This document shows positions 49,365 through 58,171 of a DNA stretch of 64,000 nucleotides, in pieces. The translations under genes were made by a program, and so were the position numbers. Origin of the DNA: Candidatus Kaelpia imicola (lineage in GTDB: Bacteria; Omnitrophota; Gorgyraeia; Kaelpiales; Kaelpiaceae); contig JAVCCL010000020.1 of NCBI GenBank assembly GCA_030765505.1, positions 28,538 through 92,537 of the forward strand, read 5' to 3'. Every line of letters starts with the position of its first letter. The first letter of the stretch is position 1. Below the pieces are notes generated by a model. That model did no database searches and was not told the origin of the DNA. It was given only the letters and a program-made list of their open reading frames with translations.

Positions 49365-50196
49365 CACTATCTTTGATGGCTACGGGTATTCGTTAAATCC
49401 TCTCTTTTTGCTTGAGATTTCAACGTTAGAGGAACTAAGGGGTACCGTTATTGATTTAAATAGCAAGTATCTAAGATATATGGTCTTTGGGAGATTAAAG
49501 AATATACTCTTCGCTAATCAGCGGAGCGATATTGTTGTTTTGAAGTTAAACGGCAGCATTTTTAAAAAGATTAAAAGAGAGGGAGATATTTTAGATGTTG
49601 GGGCAGGGGTAGAGGTTTCTGAATTGATGAGATTCTCTATAGATAATTCAATTGAAGGATTAGAGTATATGGTCGGCATCCCTTCTACTATAGCTGGGGC
49701 AGCCGTTGGAAATTCGGGGGCTTTTGGAAAAGAGATTTCCGAGAATATAGTTGAGGTTGAATGTCTAAATACTAAAGGAGAGCTGTTGATTTTAAATCGG
49801 GAAAAAATAGATTTTAAATATCGAGATTCCAATCTGGGAAATTTTATTCTGACCAAGGTGTTTTTGAAAATTGCTCTGGGGTCCAGGGCAGAGATAAAGA
49901 AAAATATGAAAGCTTATATAGAGAGGCGGTTCTATACTCAAGATCTAAGAGAGTCTTCCTGCGGTTGTTTTTTTAAAAACCATCTAGAACATAGAGCGGC
50001 TATTTTGATAGACTCTCTGGGTCTTAAGGGTTACAAAAGGGGCGGAGCCGTTGTTTCTGATAAGCACGCCAATTTTTTAATCAGTCTGGATAATAGTTCT
50101 TCTGAAGATATTCTGTCATTAAAAGATGTCTTGCAGAGGAGAGTTTGGAAAGATAAGAAGTTTTGGCTAGAGCCTGAAGTTAAACTAATATGGTAG
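49357..50196 (+). CDS. murB: UDP-N-acetylenolpyruvoylglucosamine reductase MurB.
   Basis: FAD-binding PCMH-type domain motifs (VGIPSTIAGAAVGNSGAFG). 279 aa. Position in the dcw cluster. Confidence 0.8.
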   Translation: MNSTIFDGYGYSLNPLFLLEISTLEELRGTVIDLNSKYLRYMVFGRLKNILFANQRSDIVVLKLNGSIFKKIKREGDILDVGAGVEVSELMRFSIDNSIEGLEYMVGIPSTIAGAAVGNSGAFGKEISENIVEVECLNTKGELLILNREKIDFKYRDSNLGNFILTKVFLKIALGSRAEIKKNMKAYIERRFYTQDLRESSCGCFFKNHLEHRAAILIDSLGLKGYKRGGAVVSDKHANFLISLDNSSSEDILSLKDVLQRRVWKDKKFWLEPEVKLIW

Positions 50197-51152
50197 CAGA
50201 TTTAAAAAAATATAGGATTGGAGTTTTAAGAGGAGGACCCTCTTCGGAGCGGGAGATATCTTTGCTTTCAGGAGAGTCAGTTTTAGAGATTTTGGAAAAG
50301 AGAGGTTTTGAAGTTAGAGATATTATAGTTCCGGAGAGAAAAGATAGGAAATATTTAAAAAGCTGGATTTTAAAAGTTTTAAAAGAAGAGAAGATAGACC
50401 TCTGCTTTATAGCGTTGCATGGATGGTTTGGTGAAGATGGAAATATTCAGAAAATATTGGACGAATCCAATTATCTTTATACAGGCTCTAATAAGCATGC
50501 CTGCAAAATATCTATGGATAAGATAGCCTCGAAAGATGTTTTTGAAAAGAATCTTATACCAACACCCCGCTATTTTATAGTTGATGCTGAGAGTAAAGTA
50601 AATTGGTCATTGCTTAAATTCCCGGCTATCCTGAAACCTTCTTCTCAGGGTTCAAGTATAGGGATTTATAAGATCAAAGATAGCATCGAAGCAGAATATC
50701 TTATACCTGAGGTTCTCAATTACGATGGAAGAGTTTTGGTCGAGGATTTTATAGAAGGAATAGAACTTACCGTTGGAATAGTGGAAGATAAGCCTCTTGC
50801 TGTAATCAAAATATCTTCCTCCAGTGATATTTATAATTATGAAGTTAAATATACTGATGGCTTAAGCAGCTACTCAATTCCGGCTGATATAGATAAAAGA
50901 TTGACTGAGAGAGTTCAAGGATTAGCTCTTAAGGCTCACCGGGCGATAGGATGCAATATGTTTTCTAGAGTAGATATACTATATTCAACGGTTAGAGATG
51001 AGGTTTTTGTTTTGGAGGTCAATACTATTCCCGGACTTACGAAAATTAGCCTTTTACCCAAAGCTGCCAAAGTTTGCGGGATTGAATTTGACGAACTAGT
51101 ATTAAAAATGTTAGAATCTGCCTTCAAGGGAGAGAGATGTTTAAGAAGATAG
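50190..51152 (+). CDS. ddl: D-alanine--D-alanine ligase Ddl.
   Basis: ATP-grasp motifs (IALHGWFGEDG, ILKPSSQGSSIGI, LEVNTIPGLT). 320 aa. Confidence 0.85.
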   Translation: MVADLKKYRIGVLRGGPSSEREISLLSGESVLEILEKRGFEVRDIIVPERKDRKYLKSWILKVLKEEKIDLCFIALHGWFGEDGNIQKILDESNYLYTGSNKHACKISMDKIASKDVFEKNLIPTPRYFIVDAESKVNWSLLKFPAILKPSSQGSSIGIYKIKDSIEAEYLIPEVLNYDGRVLVEDFIEGIELTVGIVEDKPLAVIKISSSSDIYNYEVKYTDGLSSYSIPADIDKRLTERVQGLALKAHRAIGCNMFSRVDILYSTVRDEVFVLEVNTIPGLTKISLLPKAAKVCGIEFDELVLKMLESAFKGERCLRR

Positions 51153-51895
51153 ATTACGAAAAAATAAAAATCGCGTTCTTTTTTCTAAACTGGGCTGTTT
51201 TAATTCTACTTTTGGTTTGGTTCTTCAATATTATGCAAAATTATAAGGTCTCTTCGTCTAGTTTTAGCATAAAAGAGGCCAAGGTTATTTTTAGCGATGG
51301 TTCAGGATTAGATAAGAGTAATGCGTTTAGATATTTAAATATCAAAAAAGGCGACTCTATTTTTAAGATAGACCCAATTGTAAAAATTAAAGAGATTTTC
51401 AAAAAGCATCCCGAGATACTTAAGCTCAGTCTTTATAAGCAGATGCCTAATAAGATTATGGCTATTGTTACAAATAGAATTCCCGTGGCTCAGATTCATT
51501 TAGGGCGCTATTATCCGCTGGATGCAGAAGGCTTTGTGTTGCCATTCCCCAGCAATTTCCGCATTGAGTCTCTACCTCTCGTTAAAGGGGTCAATCCGGG
51601 GGAAGTTGCGGTGGCTAGCGATGCTGACAATGCTAAGATAGACTCAGCTTTAGAGCTGTTGAATTTGATAGAGTCTGTTTTGGGTGAAAGAGGCATCAAT
51701 TTTGATATTGATGTTAATAGTGTCGAAGATATCAATCTTATACTTACTAATGATATTAAGGTCAAGTTGGGTAGAGGCGGCTTCAAGGATAAGCTGATAC
51801 GTTTAAAGGTAGTCTTAATCGATATGGAAGCCAAGAAGTTAAATCCGGCTATCATAGATTTAAGATTCGATAAGGTTGTTTTAATACCACGTTGA
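51137..51895 (+). CDS. ftsQ: Cell division protein FtsQ (POTRA domain).
   Basis: N-terminal TM helix, POTRA-like segment, beta-rich C-terminal domain. 252 aa. Between ddl and ftsA. Confidence 0.6.
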   Translation: MFKKIDYEKIKIAFFFLNWAVLILLLVWFFNIMQNYKVSSSSFSIKEAKVIFSDGSGLDKSNAFRYLNIKKGDSIFKIDPIVKIKEIFKKHPEILKLSLYKQMPNKIMAIVTNRIPVAQIHLGRYYPLDAEGFVLPFPSNFRIESLPLVKGVNPGEVAVASDADNAKIDSALELLNLIESVLGERGINFDIDVNSVEDINLILTNDIKVKLGRGGFKDKLIRLKVVLIDMEAKKLNPAIIDLRFDKVVLIPR

Positions 51896-51923
51896 AATTA
51901 AAAGCCAGGAGAAGTTTTTAGGT

Positions 51924-53102
51924 ATGCTCAAGTATGCTCTAGATATTGGCTCTACAAAATTGAGATTTGCTGCTGCAGGTTCGACAGATAGTGAATTGAA
52001 AATTTTGGGATATTTAACATCCAAAGTAGAGGGTTATTCAGGAGGAGTAATAACTGACTATAAGAAGTTGTTTTTTTCTATTTTAAAAATTATAAAAGAG
52101 TTCGAAAAACAATATAATAGTAAACCTAAAAAGATTTTGCTTAACTGTTCTCATCCGGATAGTAAGTTTTATCATTTGCGAGAGGTTTTCCAAAGAGATA
52201 TTTCTGAGCGGCCGATTTCGAATAAAGAGTTAAGGCGTTTAAGGAGCCAAGTCTTGCAGGATAAGATCGGCCTTGAAGAGGAAAAGATATTAATTCAGAT
52301 CGAAGAGTATATTATAGACGGGCAGAGAGGAGTTATAAGCCCAGAGAGGATGGTTGCCAGAAGCATAGAGGTTCTACTCAATGTGATCACTGTCCCAGTT
52401 AATTTTTTTAATAATATTCTTTCTATTTTTTCAGAGATAGGGATAGAGTTGGAAGCTATTATTCCAGAGGCTATAGCCAAGGCTAGTCTCTATTTGGATC
52501 CAGAAGATAAGAAGGCAGGCGTAATGCTTTTGGATATTGGATGGTCTAAAGCTAAGATGGTTCTCTTTGAAGGCAGCGTATTAAAAAATAGCATTGTTTT
52601 TGAAAGTGGTTTTAATGATATTTTCAAAAGATTAAAAGGGATATATCATTTAGATGATCTAGAAGCAGACAAGGTTTTAAATGAAGCTTTGGTTACAGAG
52701 AAAGAGAGTATAATGCTTCAAAGCGAAGAAGGCATAAAAGAGGTCTCTGTTGAAAATGTATGCCAGATTATAGAGAGGGGTTTTAGGAAGAACCTCTATT
52801 TTATTAAAAAGGCTATGGACTCAAAAGATATCTCTCATCTTCTTGCAGGAGGAATATTTATAACAGGAGGTTCTATTTTAAAATATCCAAACTTAAAGGA
52901 GATTGCGGCGGAAATTTTAAAACAACCAGTTATTGTCAAACAGAATAAAATATTTTCTCTGTCACCAGATTATGCAACTGTGATTGGAATGTTGAGTTAT
53001 TCATTTCAAGAGGAGAAAAAGTTTAATGAAAGAGATAAGTGTTGTAGTCTCGTAAAAAAAGGTTTAGGTAAGATTTATCAAATCTTCGATAAGTATTTTT
53101 AG
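51924..53102 (+). CDS. ftsA: Cell division protein FtsA (actin-like ATPase).
   Basis: N-terminal phosphate-1 motif (ALDIGSTKLRFA). Second ASKHA motif (MLLDIGWSKAKMVLF). Glycine-rich adenosine motif (FITGGSIL). 392 aa. Confidence 0.8.
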   Translation: MLKYALDIGSTKLRFAAAGSTDSELKILGYLTSKVEGYSGGVITDYKKLFFSILKIIKEFEKQYNSKPKKILLNCSHPDSKFYHLREVFQRDISERPISNKELRRLRSQVLQDKIGLEEEKILIQIEEYIIDGQRGVISPERMVARSIEVLLNVITVPVNFFNNILSIFSEIGIELEAIIPEAIAKASLYLDPEDKKAGVMLLDIGWSKAKMVLFEGSVLKNSIVFESGFNDIFKRLKGIYHLDDLEADKVLNEALVTEKESIMLQSEEGIKEVSVENVCQIIERGFRKNLYFIKKAMDSKDISHLLAGGIFITGGSILKYPNLKEIAAEILKQPVIVKQNKIFSLSPDYATVIGMLSYSFQEEKKFNERDKCCSLVKKGLGKIYQIFDKYF

Positions 53103-53105
53103 TCT

Positions 53106-54215
53106 GTGAAAATACTTCAAATAATTACTCACCTGGAGATAGGCGGTGCTCAAAAAGCAACTCTTCTTTTATCTCAAGAACTTATAAATAGAGGCCACGA
53201 GGTTGTTGTTTTATCTTCTGCCCAAGGCGGATTATTAAAAGAGTTTAAAGAAAAATTAGGTCCAAATTTTAGAAGTTTATGTTTTTTAAAAAGAGGTATA
53301 AATCCTATTTTTGACCTTTTAGCTTTTTTCTCAGTTTTCATCTATGTAAAAGAACTCAGTTTTGATCTGATCCATACGCACTCTTCTAAAGCCGGCATTT
53401 TAGGGCGCTGGGCTGCTCTCTTCTCATCTGTCAATTCTGTCCATACTGTCCATGGTTTTGCTTTTCATGATTATCAAAATTTTATTTTGAGATACTGTTT
53501 TATTTTGATTGAAAGAGTTACAGCTTTTATATCGGGTAAGATCATATTTGTATCCGAAGAGGTTAAAAAAAAGGCGTTTAAGAATTTTATAGTAACTACC
53601 GAAGAGAAAACAGAGGTTATCTATGAGCTTGTCAAGATTGATCCGCCTGAGCATAGAATAAAAAATAAAGATTTTTTTACAATAGGTATGGTTGCCCCGT
53701 TGAAAGAGCAGAAGAGGCCCGAGGATTTTCTGAAATTTGCGGTATCTTTAAGCAGAATACGCAAAGATGTAAGGTTTGTTTTAGTGGGGGATGGTAAATT
53801 GAGGCCAAAGCTGGAGATAGACGCGAAGAGATCTGGCATTCTATGTAAAGTTGAATTTAAGGGTTGGAGAGATGATGCTTATACCATAATGCAATCTTTT
53901 GATATCTTTGTGCTTACCAGCATCTTCGAGGGTCAACCGCACGTAATAATAGAAGCAATGTCGTTATCAATTCCGGTAATTGCTACTGCGGTTGATGGAG
54001 TAAGGGATTTGGTTTCTCAAGGTGAGAATGGATTTTTAGTCGAGCCTTGTAAGCCCCATGATATAGTATGCTTGGCTAATAGGCTATTAGATGATAAAGT
54101 ATTGAGAGAGTCTATTGGATCTAAAGGACGTAGCTATTTTGAGACTGAGAAAAGGTTTAACTACATTGAAAACATTAGTAAAATCGAAAAGCTGTATGAG
54201 TCTACAATGAAATGA
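53106..54215 (+). CDS. GT4-family (GT-B fold) glycosyltransferase.
   Basis: GTG start 3 nt after the ftsA stop. MKILQIITHLEIGGAQK N-terminus. C-terminal EGQPHVIIEAMSLSIPVIAT (E-X7-E motif region). 369 aa. Confidence 0.8.
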   Translation: MKILQIITHLEIGGAQKATLLLSQELINRGHEVVVLSSAQGGLLKEFKEKLGPNFRSLCFLKRGINPIFDLLAFFSVFIYVKELSFDLIHTHSSKAGILGRWAALFSSVNSVHTVHGFAFHDYQNFILRYCFILIERVTAFISGKIIFVSEEVKKKAFKNFIVTTEEKTEVIYELVKIDPPEHRIKNKDFFTIGMVAPLKEQKRPEDFLKFAVSLSRIRKDVRFVLVGDGKLRPKLEIDAKRSGILCKVEFKGWRDDAYTIMQSFDIFVLTSIFEGQPHVIIEAMSLSIPVIATAVDGVRDLVSQGENGFLVEPCKPHDIVCLANRLLDDKVLRESIGSKGRSYFETEKRFNYIENISKIEKLYESTMK

Positions 54216-55168
54216 ACAGAGTAGAAGTTTTCAACATAATGCTCATCTGTTTCGCGTTCTCTTTTTTCCTTTCTAAGTTTTTCTATAAAAAGAAAATCAA
54301 AGTAGGCAAAAAAGAGCAATCTACGCACGGTGGAGTTATAATTTTAGCGACAGTTTTTTTGGGAATATTAATATCTCCTTTAAGAGATACGTATTATGTC
54401 TGGAAGCTGTTCCTGCCTTTCTTTTTAATGTTTCTTTTAGGTTTTATCGATGATTATAAGCATCTCTCTCCTTATCCAAAGCTGATTGCCGAAATATTTA
54501 TAATACTTCTCGCGCTCTTTATGGGTTTTAAGACTGAAATCATGTACTTTCCTAGTTATCTTAATTATCTCGTCTCTTTGGTTTGGATTTTGATTTTAAG
54601 CAATGAATTTAATTTTTTAGATATAATGGATGGCCTCTCTTTGGGCAGCATCATAGCCGTGGCTTTGACGTTTACAATAATCGGTTTGATAAACTTTCAA
54701 CCTTTCAATCTTCTTTTTGCGGCAGTTGTTCTGGCCTCCTGCCTGGGTTTCTTTCCTTACAATTACCGTAAAGCATCTGCTTATCTTGGAGATAGCGGCA
54801 GTCTATCGCTGGGCTTGCTTATGGCTATTTTAGCTATATCGTTTAGTTATACGAGAGAAAATAGACCTATGGTCCTATTGACCCCTGTTATTATATTCGG
54901 GCTTCCTATTTTTGATTTTTTATATCTTACGATAAGAAGGGTCTGGCAACGGAAGTCTATTTTGAGAAAAAGTCCTGACCATCTTGCAATACTTATGCAT
55001 ATTAATGGAGCCTCTAGGAAAAGAGTAATATATAAGTTCTGGCTTATATCAGCAGGTTTTGCTTCTACAGCACTATTGCTTCAGTTCGGTTCGAGACTTT
55101 TAGGTGTTGTTGCATTGATTATCTCTATATTCCTTTTCTTTGAAGTTGCTTTACGATGCTATAAATGA
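54212..55168 (+). CDS. Polyprenyl-phosphate N-acetylhexosamine-1-phosphate transferase (MraY/WecA/WbpL PNPT family), a second PNPT paralog inside the dcw cluster.
   Basis: Multi-TM protein with a DD motif (GFIDDYK), NFLDIMDGL and LGDSGSLSLG. Short form of 318 aa. Overlaps the GT4 stop by 4 nt. Confidence 0.75.
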   Translation: MNRVEVFNIMLICFAFSFFLSKFFYKKKIKVGKKEQSTHGGVIILATVFLGILISPLRDTYYVWKLFLPFFLMFLLGFIDDYKHLSPYPKLIAEIFIILLALFMGFKTEIMYFPSYLNYLVSLVWILILSNEFNFLDIMDGLSLGSIIAVALTFTIIGLINFQPFNLLFAAVVLASCLGFFPYNYRKASAYLGDSGSLSLGLLMAILAISFSYTRENRPMVLLTPVIIFGLPIFDFLYLTIRRVWQRKSILRKSPDHLAILMHINGASRKRVIYKFWLISAGFASTALLLQFGSRLLGVVALIISIFLFFEVALRCYK

Positions 55169-56490
55169 AAAAGAGTGTAAATAATTTAATCCTTGGTTCA
55201 GGTATAACAGGGTTGAGCTGCGGCCTACATTTAGGAAATTTAAGTAATAAAAAAGGTGGATTTTCATCAGACTATTTAATCCTTGAAAAAGAGAAGGGTG
55301 TTGGAGGTTTAGCCCGATCTATCAAAAAGAAAGGTTTTGTATTTGACTATAGTGCTCATCTCCTGCATTGCAGGGATCCCTATTTTTCAAAATGGGTGGA
55401 GAATAATCTTAAAAAAAGTCTCAAGTTTCATAAAAGAAATGCCTGGGTCTACTCGCATGGGGTATTTACCAAATATCCTTTTCAGGCAAATCTCTATGGT
55501 TTGCCTAGAGATGTAATAAAGGATTGTCTTTTGGGCCTTTTGAGTTTGAATGGTTTTAGTGATAGTAAGCCCAATAATTTTGAAGAGTGGTGTTATAACA
55601 AATTCGGCAGCGGAATTTCTAAACACTTTATGCTTCCCTACAATGAAAAGTTTTGGAATATAGCAGCTAAAAAAATTACGCTAGAATGGATAGATGGTTT
55701 TATACCTCAGCCGCAGCTTAGGGATATGGTTAAAGGGGGATTTGAATATTCCCATAAAGAGTTTGGCTACCATAGCAAATTTTACTATCCTATTAATGAA
55801 GGGATAGAGCTTATAGTTAAGAAAATCAGTTCAAAATGCAGCAATATAGTACTCAAAGAAAAAGCAGAAAAGATAAACTTAAAAGAGAGATGGGTTTTAA
55901 CCTCTAGAGGCAGAAAGATTTATTACAATAATTTAGTCTCTACTCTTCCTATGGTGGATTTAAACGACATGATTATCGGAATCGATAGCAATATCAGTAA
56001 TCTTTTTCGCAAGTTAAAGTATATCTCTGTTATTAATGTAAATATGGGCATAAAACGGCCGAATATATCCGATAAAGACTGGGTCTATTTTCCGGAAGAC
56101 AACTTCTCTTTTTATCGTATTGGGTTTCCGATGAACTTTGCTCCTTCTTCTACACCTAGCGGTTTTAGCTCAATATATATAGATATCTCTTATTCAGGTT
56201 CTTTGGCTATCAACAAGAGAAAAGAGAGTATTATTGAACGGGTAAAAGCTGATTTGATCAAACTGGGTATTATTGGTGAAGAAGAGAGCATCCCGGTCGT
56301 GGACTATAATGATATTAAGTATGCTTATATACTCTATGATAAAAATTGGTCTCATGCTCGAGGTGGAATTATTGATTATCTTTTAAAAAATTCCGTATAT
56401 TCTGCTGGGAGATTTGGTTCCTGGAGCTATCTCTCTATGGAGGGGTGTTTTTTAGAGGGCAGGAGAATAGCCAATATATTAAAGAGATGA
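55165..56490 (+). CDS. FAD-dependent oxidoreductase, UDP-galactopyranose mutase / amine-oxidase-like.
   Basis: N-terminal dinucleotide-binding loop (ILGSGITGLSCGLHL...EKEKGVGGLARS). 441 aa. Overlaps the previous stop by 4 nt. Confidence 0.55.
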   Translation: MKKSVNNLILGSGITGLSCGLHLGNLSNKKGGFSSDYLILEKEKGVGGLARSIKKKGFVFDYSAHLLHCRDPYFSKWVENNLKKSLKFHKRNAWVYSHGVFTKYPFQANLYGLPRDVIKDCLLGLLSLNGFSDSKPNNFEEWCYNKFGSGISKHFMLPYNEKFWNIAAKKITLEWIDGFIPQPQLRDMVKGGFEYSHKEFGYHSKFYYPINEGIELIVKKISSKCSNIVLKEKAEKINLKERWVLTSRGRKIYYNNLVSTLPMVDLNDMIIGIDSNISNLFRKLKYISVINVNMGIKRPNISDKDWVYFPEDNFSFYRIGFPMNFAPSSTPSGFSSIYIDISYSGSLAINKRKESIIERVKADLIKLGIIGEEESIPVVDYNDIKYAYILYDKNWSHARGGIIDYLLKNSVYSAGRFGSWSYLSMEGCFLEGRRIANILKR

Positions 56491-56511
56491 AACATTTGAC
56501 AGCTTTTTATT

Positions 56512-57570
56512 ATGATCTTTGACGACCTATGTCTCTACCTAAGGCTCTATCCTGAAATTTTAAATCTTAGATTTGCGAGAGAGATGATATACTATCTCTT
56601 AAAAGGTGTTAGCAGGCATCCAATATCAATTAATTTTCTAATAACTTCTAAATGTAATTTTAAGTGCAAGATCTGTAGTTATTACGGTAATTCAGGGACT
56701 CATTTTTCAGAGCTGAGCTTTCAGGAATTTGTAGATTTCTTAGATCAGGTTCAAGCTTTTAAACCCTTGATTTTTTTAGGCGGCGGAGAGCCTTTTATAA
56801 GAGAAGATATATATTCCATGTTGGAGGAGATAGAGAAGAGAGAGCTTAAAGTGATAGTGTCGACAAATGGTTATTTGTTAGATTTAGATAGAATATCTTC
56901 TTTAAACTTAGATTCGCTCATCCTCTCTCTATATGGACCTGAGTCGATTCATGATAGTATTACTGGAGTTCCTGGTTCTTATTCTGTAGTTGTTAAAAAA
57001 ATAAAAAAGATAACAGCTGATAATATGGTTAAAAATTTAGTTGTATCTACAATCCTATTGCCTTCAAATTTCAAACATCTCTCTGAGTTCAGTGATTCTG
57101 TTTTTGCTTTAGGAGTTGATTCAATTAAAATTGAAAACCTTAATTATCTAACAGAAGAAGAGTTTGGGAGTTCTACTGAAGAGATGGCCGACCTTATTTT
57201 AAAACCCCATACTCTTGTTTTAGACAAGCATTGCTTCAGCAGAACCGATTTAGAGTATGCTTGGAACAGCATCAATGTTTTAAGAAGAAGATATAAAGGT
57301 AGATTATTTTTGAAGCCAGCTCTAAACAAGAGAGATTTTTTAAAATGGTATTGCGAGGGCAAAACTTTTAAGGGTTGTCATTTTATAAGACATTCTATCT
57401 TTGTCTCATCTTCCGGAGATATTATACCTTGTCAGTTTTTAAGTAAAACTAAGCTTGGAAAAATAGACAAAAATGTTGTAAAATACATATGGAACTCGAA
57501 GAGATATAATGATTTTAGAGAGTTTGTGCAAAGGACTGGCTTAGAAGTTTGTAAACGTTGTTGTAAATAA
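56512..57570 (+). CDS. Radical SAM enzyme with a C-terminal SPASM/twitch-like cysteine cluster.
   Basis: CX3CX2C motif (SKCNFKCKICSY). SAM-binding glycine motif (IFLGGGEPF). C-terminal cysteines (C...CQF...CKRCCK). 352 aa. Confidence 0.75.
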   Translation: MIFDDLCLYLRLYPEILNLRFAREMIYYLLKGVSRHPISINFLITSKCNFKCKICSYYGNSGTHFSELSFQEFVDFLDQVQAFKPLIFLGGGEPFIREDIYSMLEEIEKRELKVIVSTNGYLLDLDRISSLNLDSLILSLYGPESIHDSITGVPGSYSVVVKKIKKITADNMVKNLVVSTILLPSNFKHLSEFSDSVFALGVDSIKIENLNYLTEEEFGSSTEEMADLILKPHTLVLDKHCFSRTDLEYAWNSINVLRRRYKGRLFLKPALNKRDFLKWYCEGKTFKGCHFIRHSIFVSSSGDIIPCQFLSKTKLGKIDKNVVKYIWNSKRYNDFREFVQRTGLEVCKRCCK

Positions 57571-57583
57571 AAGGTTTTAAGTT

Positions 57584-58120
57584 ATGGATTTTGAACAAAA
57601 ATGGAAGAGGGCTGTAAAGAATACTGAAATAGAGAAAGGCTGGGTGGGCTATCTAAATACCAATTCGAGCACAACGCTCTCTTATATAATGCTCTCTGAA
57701 TCGATGCTTGATAATTCAGATACTGTTATCAGAAAAGGCAAGGTCGAAGTAACGCGACCCTTAATATACTTACCGGATAACAACCCTGTATTTGAAGGTT
57801 TTGAATTATCGAGTCAGAATCTATTTAATAGTTCTGTTTTGACTTTTCTTCTGTTGAGAGGAGTAAGTTTTCCTTCTTTAAAATACCAGAATAGTGTTTA
57901 CTCTCTGGATATTGACAATCTCTCTTTGACTGAGGCGGTTAAAAAGCATAAAAGAGAGCTTCAAAGATTGGAGGATGTTAAGACCGGTCTCATAGTAGGG
58001 TCTGATGACTGCTGGCATTACTCTCTTGCTATCTATGTTGCAGCTCTGACCTCTAAATCTGCCTCTAATGACATAGAGAGGTATCTTAAAGATTTAAAGA
58101 GTAGGTTTGAAGATAGGTAG
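57584..58120 (+). CDS. Hypothetical protein (178 aa) with no recognisable domain.
   Basis: ORF immediately downstream of the radical SAM gene (13-nt gap). No signal peptide or TM helix is apparent. Confidence 0.45.
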   Translation: MDFEQKWKRAVKNTEIEKGWVGYLNTNSSTTLSYIMLSESMLDNSDTVIRKGKVEVTRPLIYLPDNNPVFEGFELSSQNLFNSSVLTFLLLRGVSFPSLKYQNSVYSLDIDNLSLTEAVKKHKRELQRLEDVKTGLIVGSDDCWHYSLAIYVAALTSKSASNDIERYLKDLKSRFEDR

Positions 58121-58171
58121 CCTTTATCAAAAACGAGAGATGGATATTTAACTATATAAAAGGAGGTTAAG

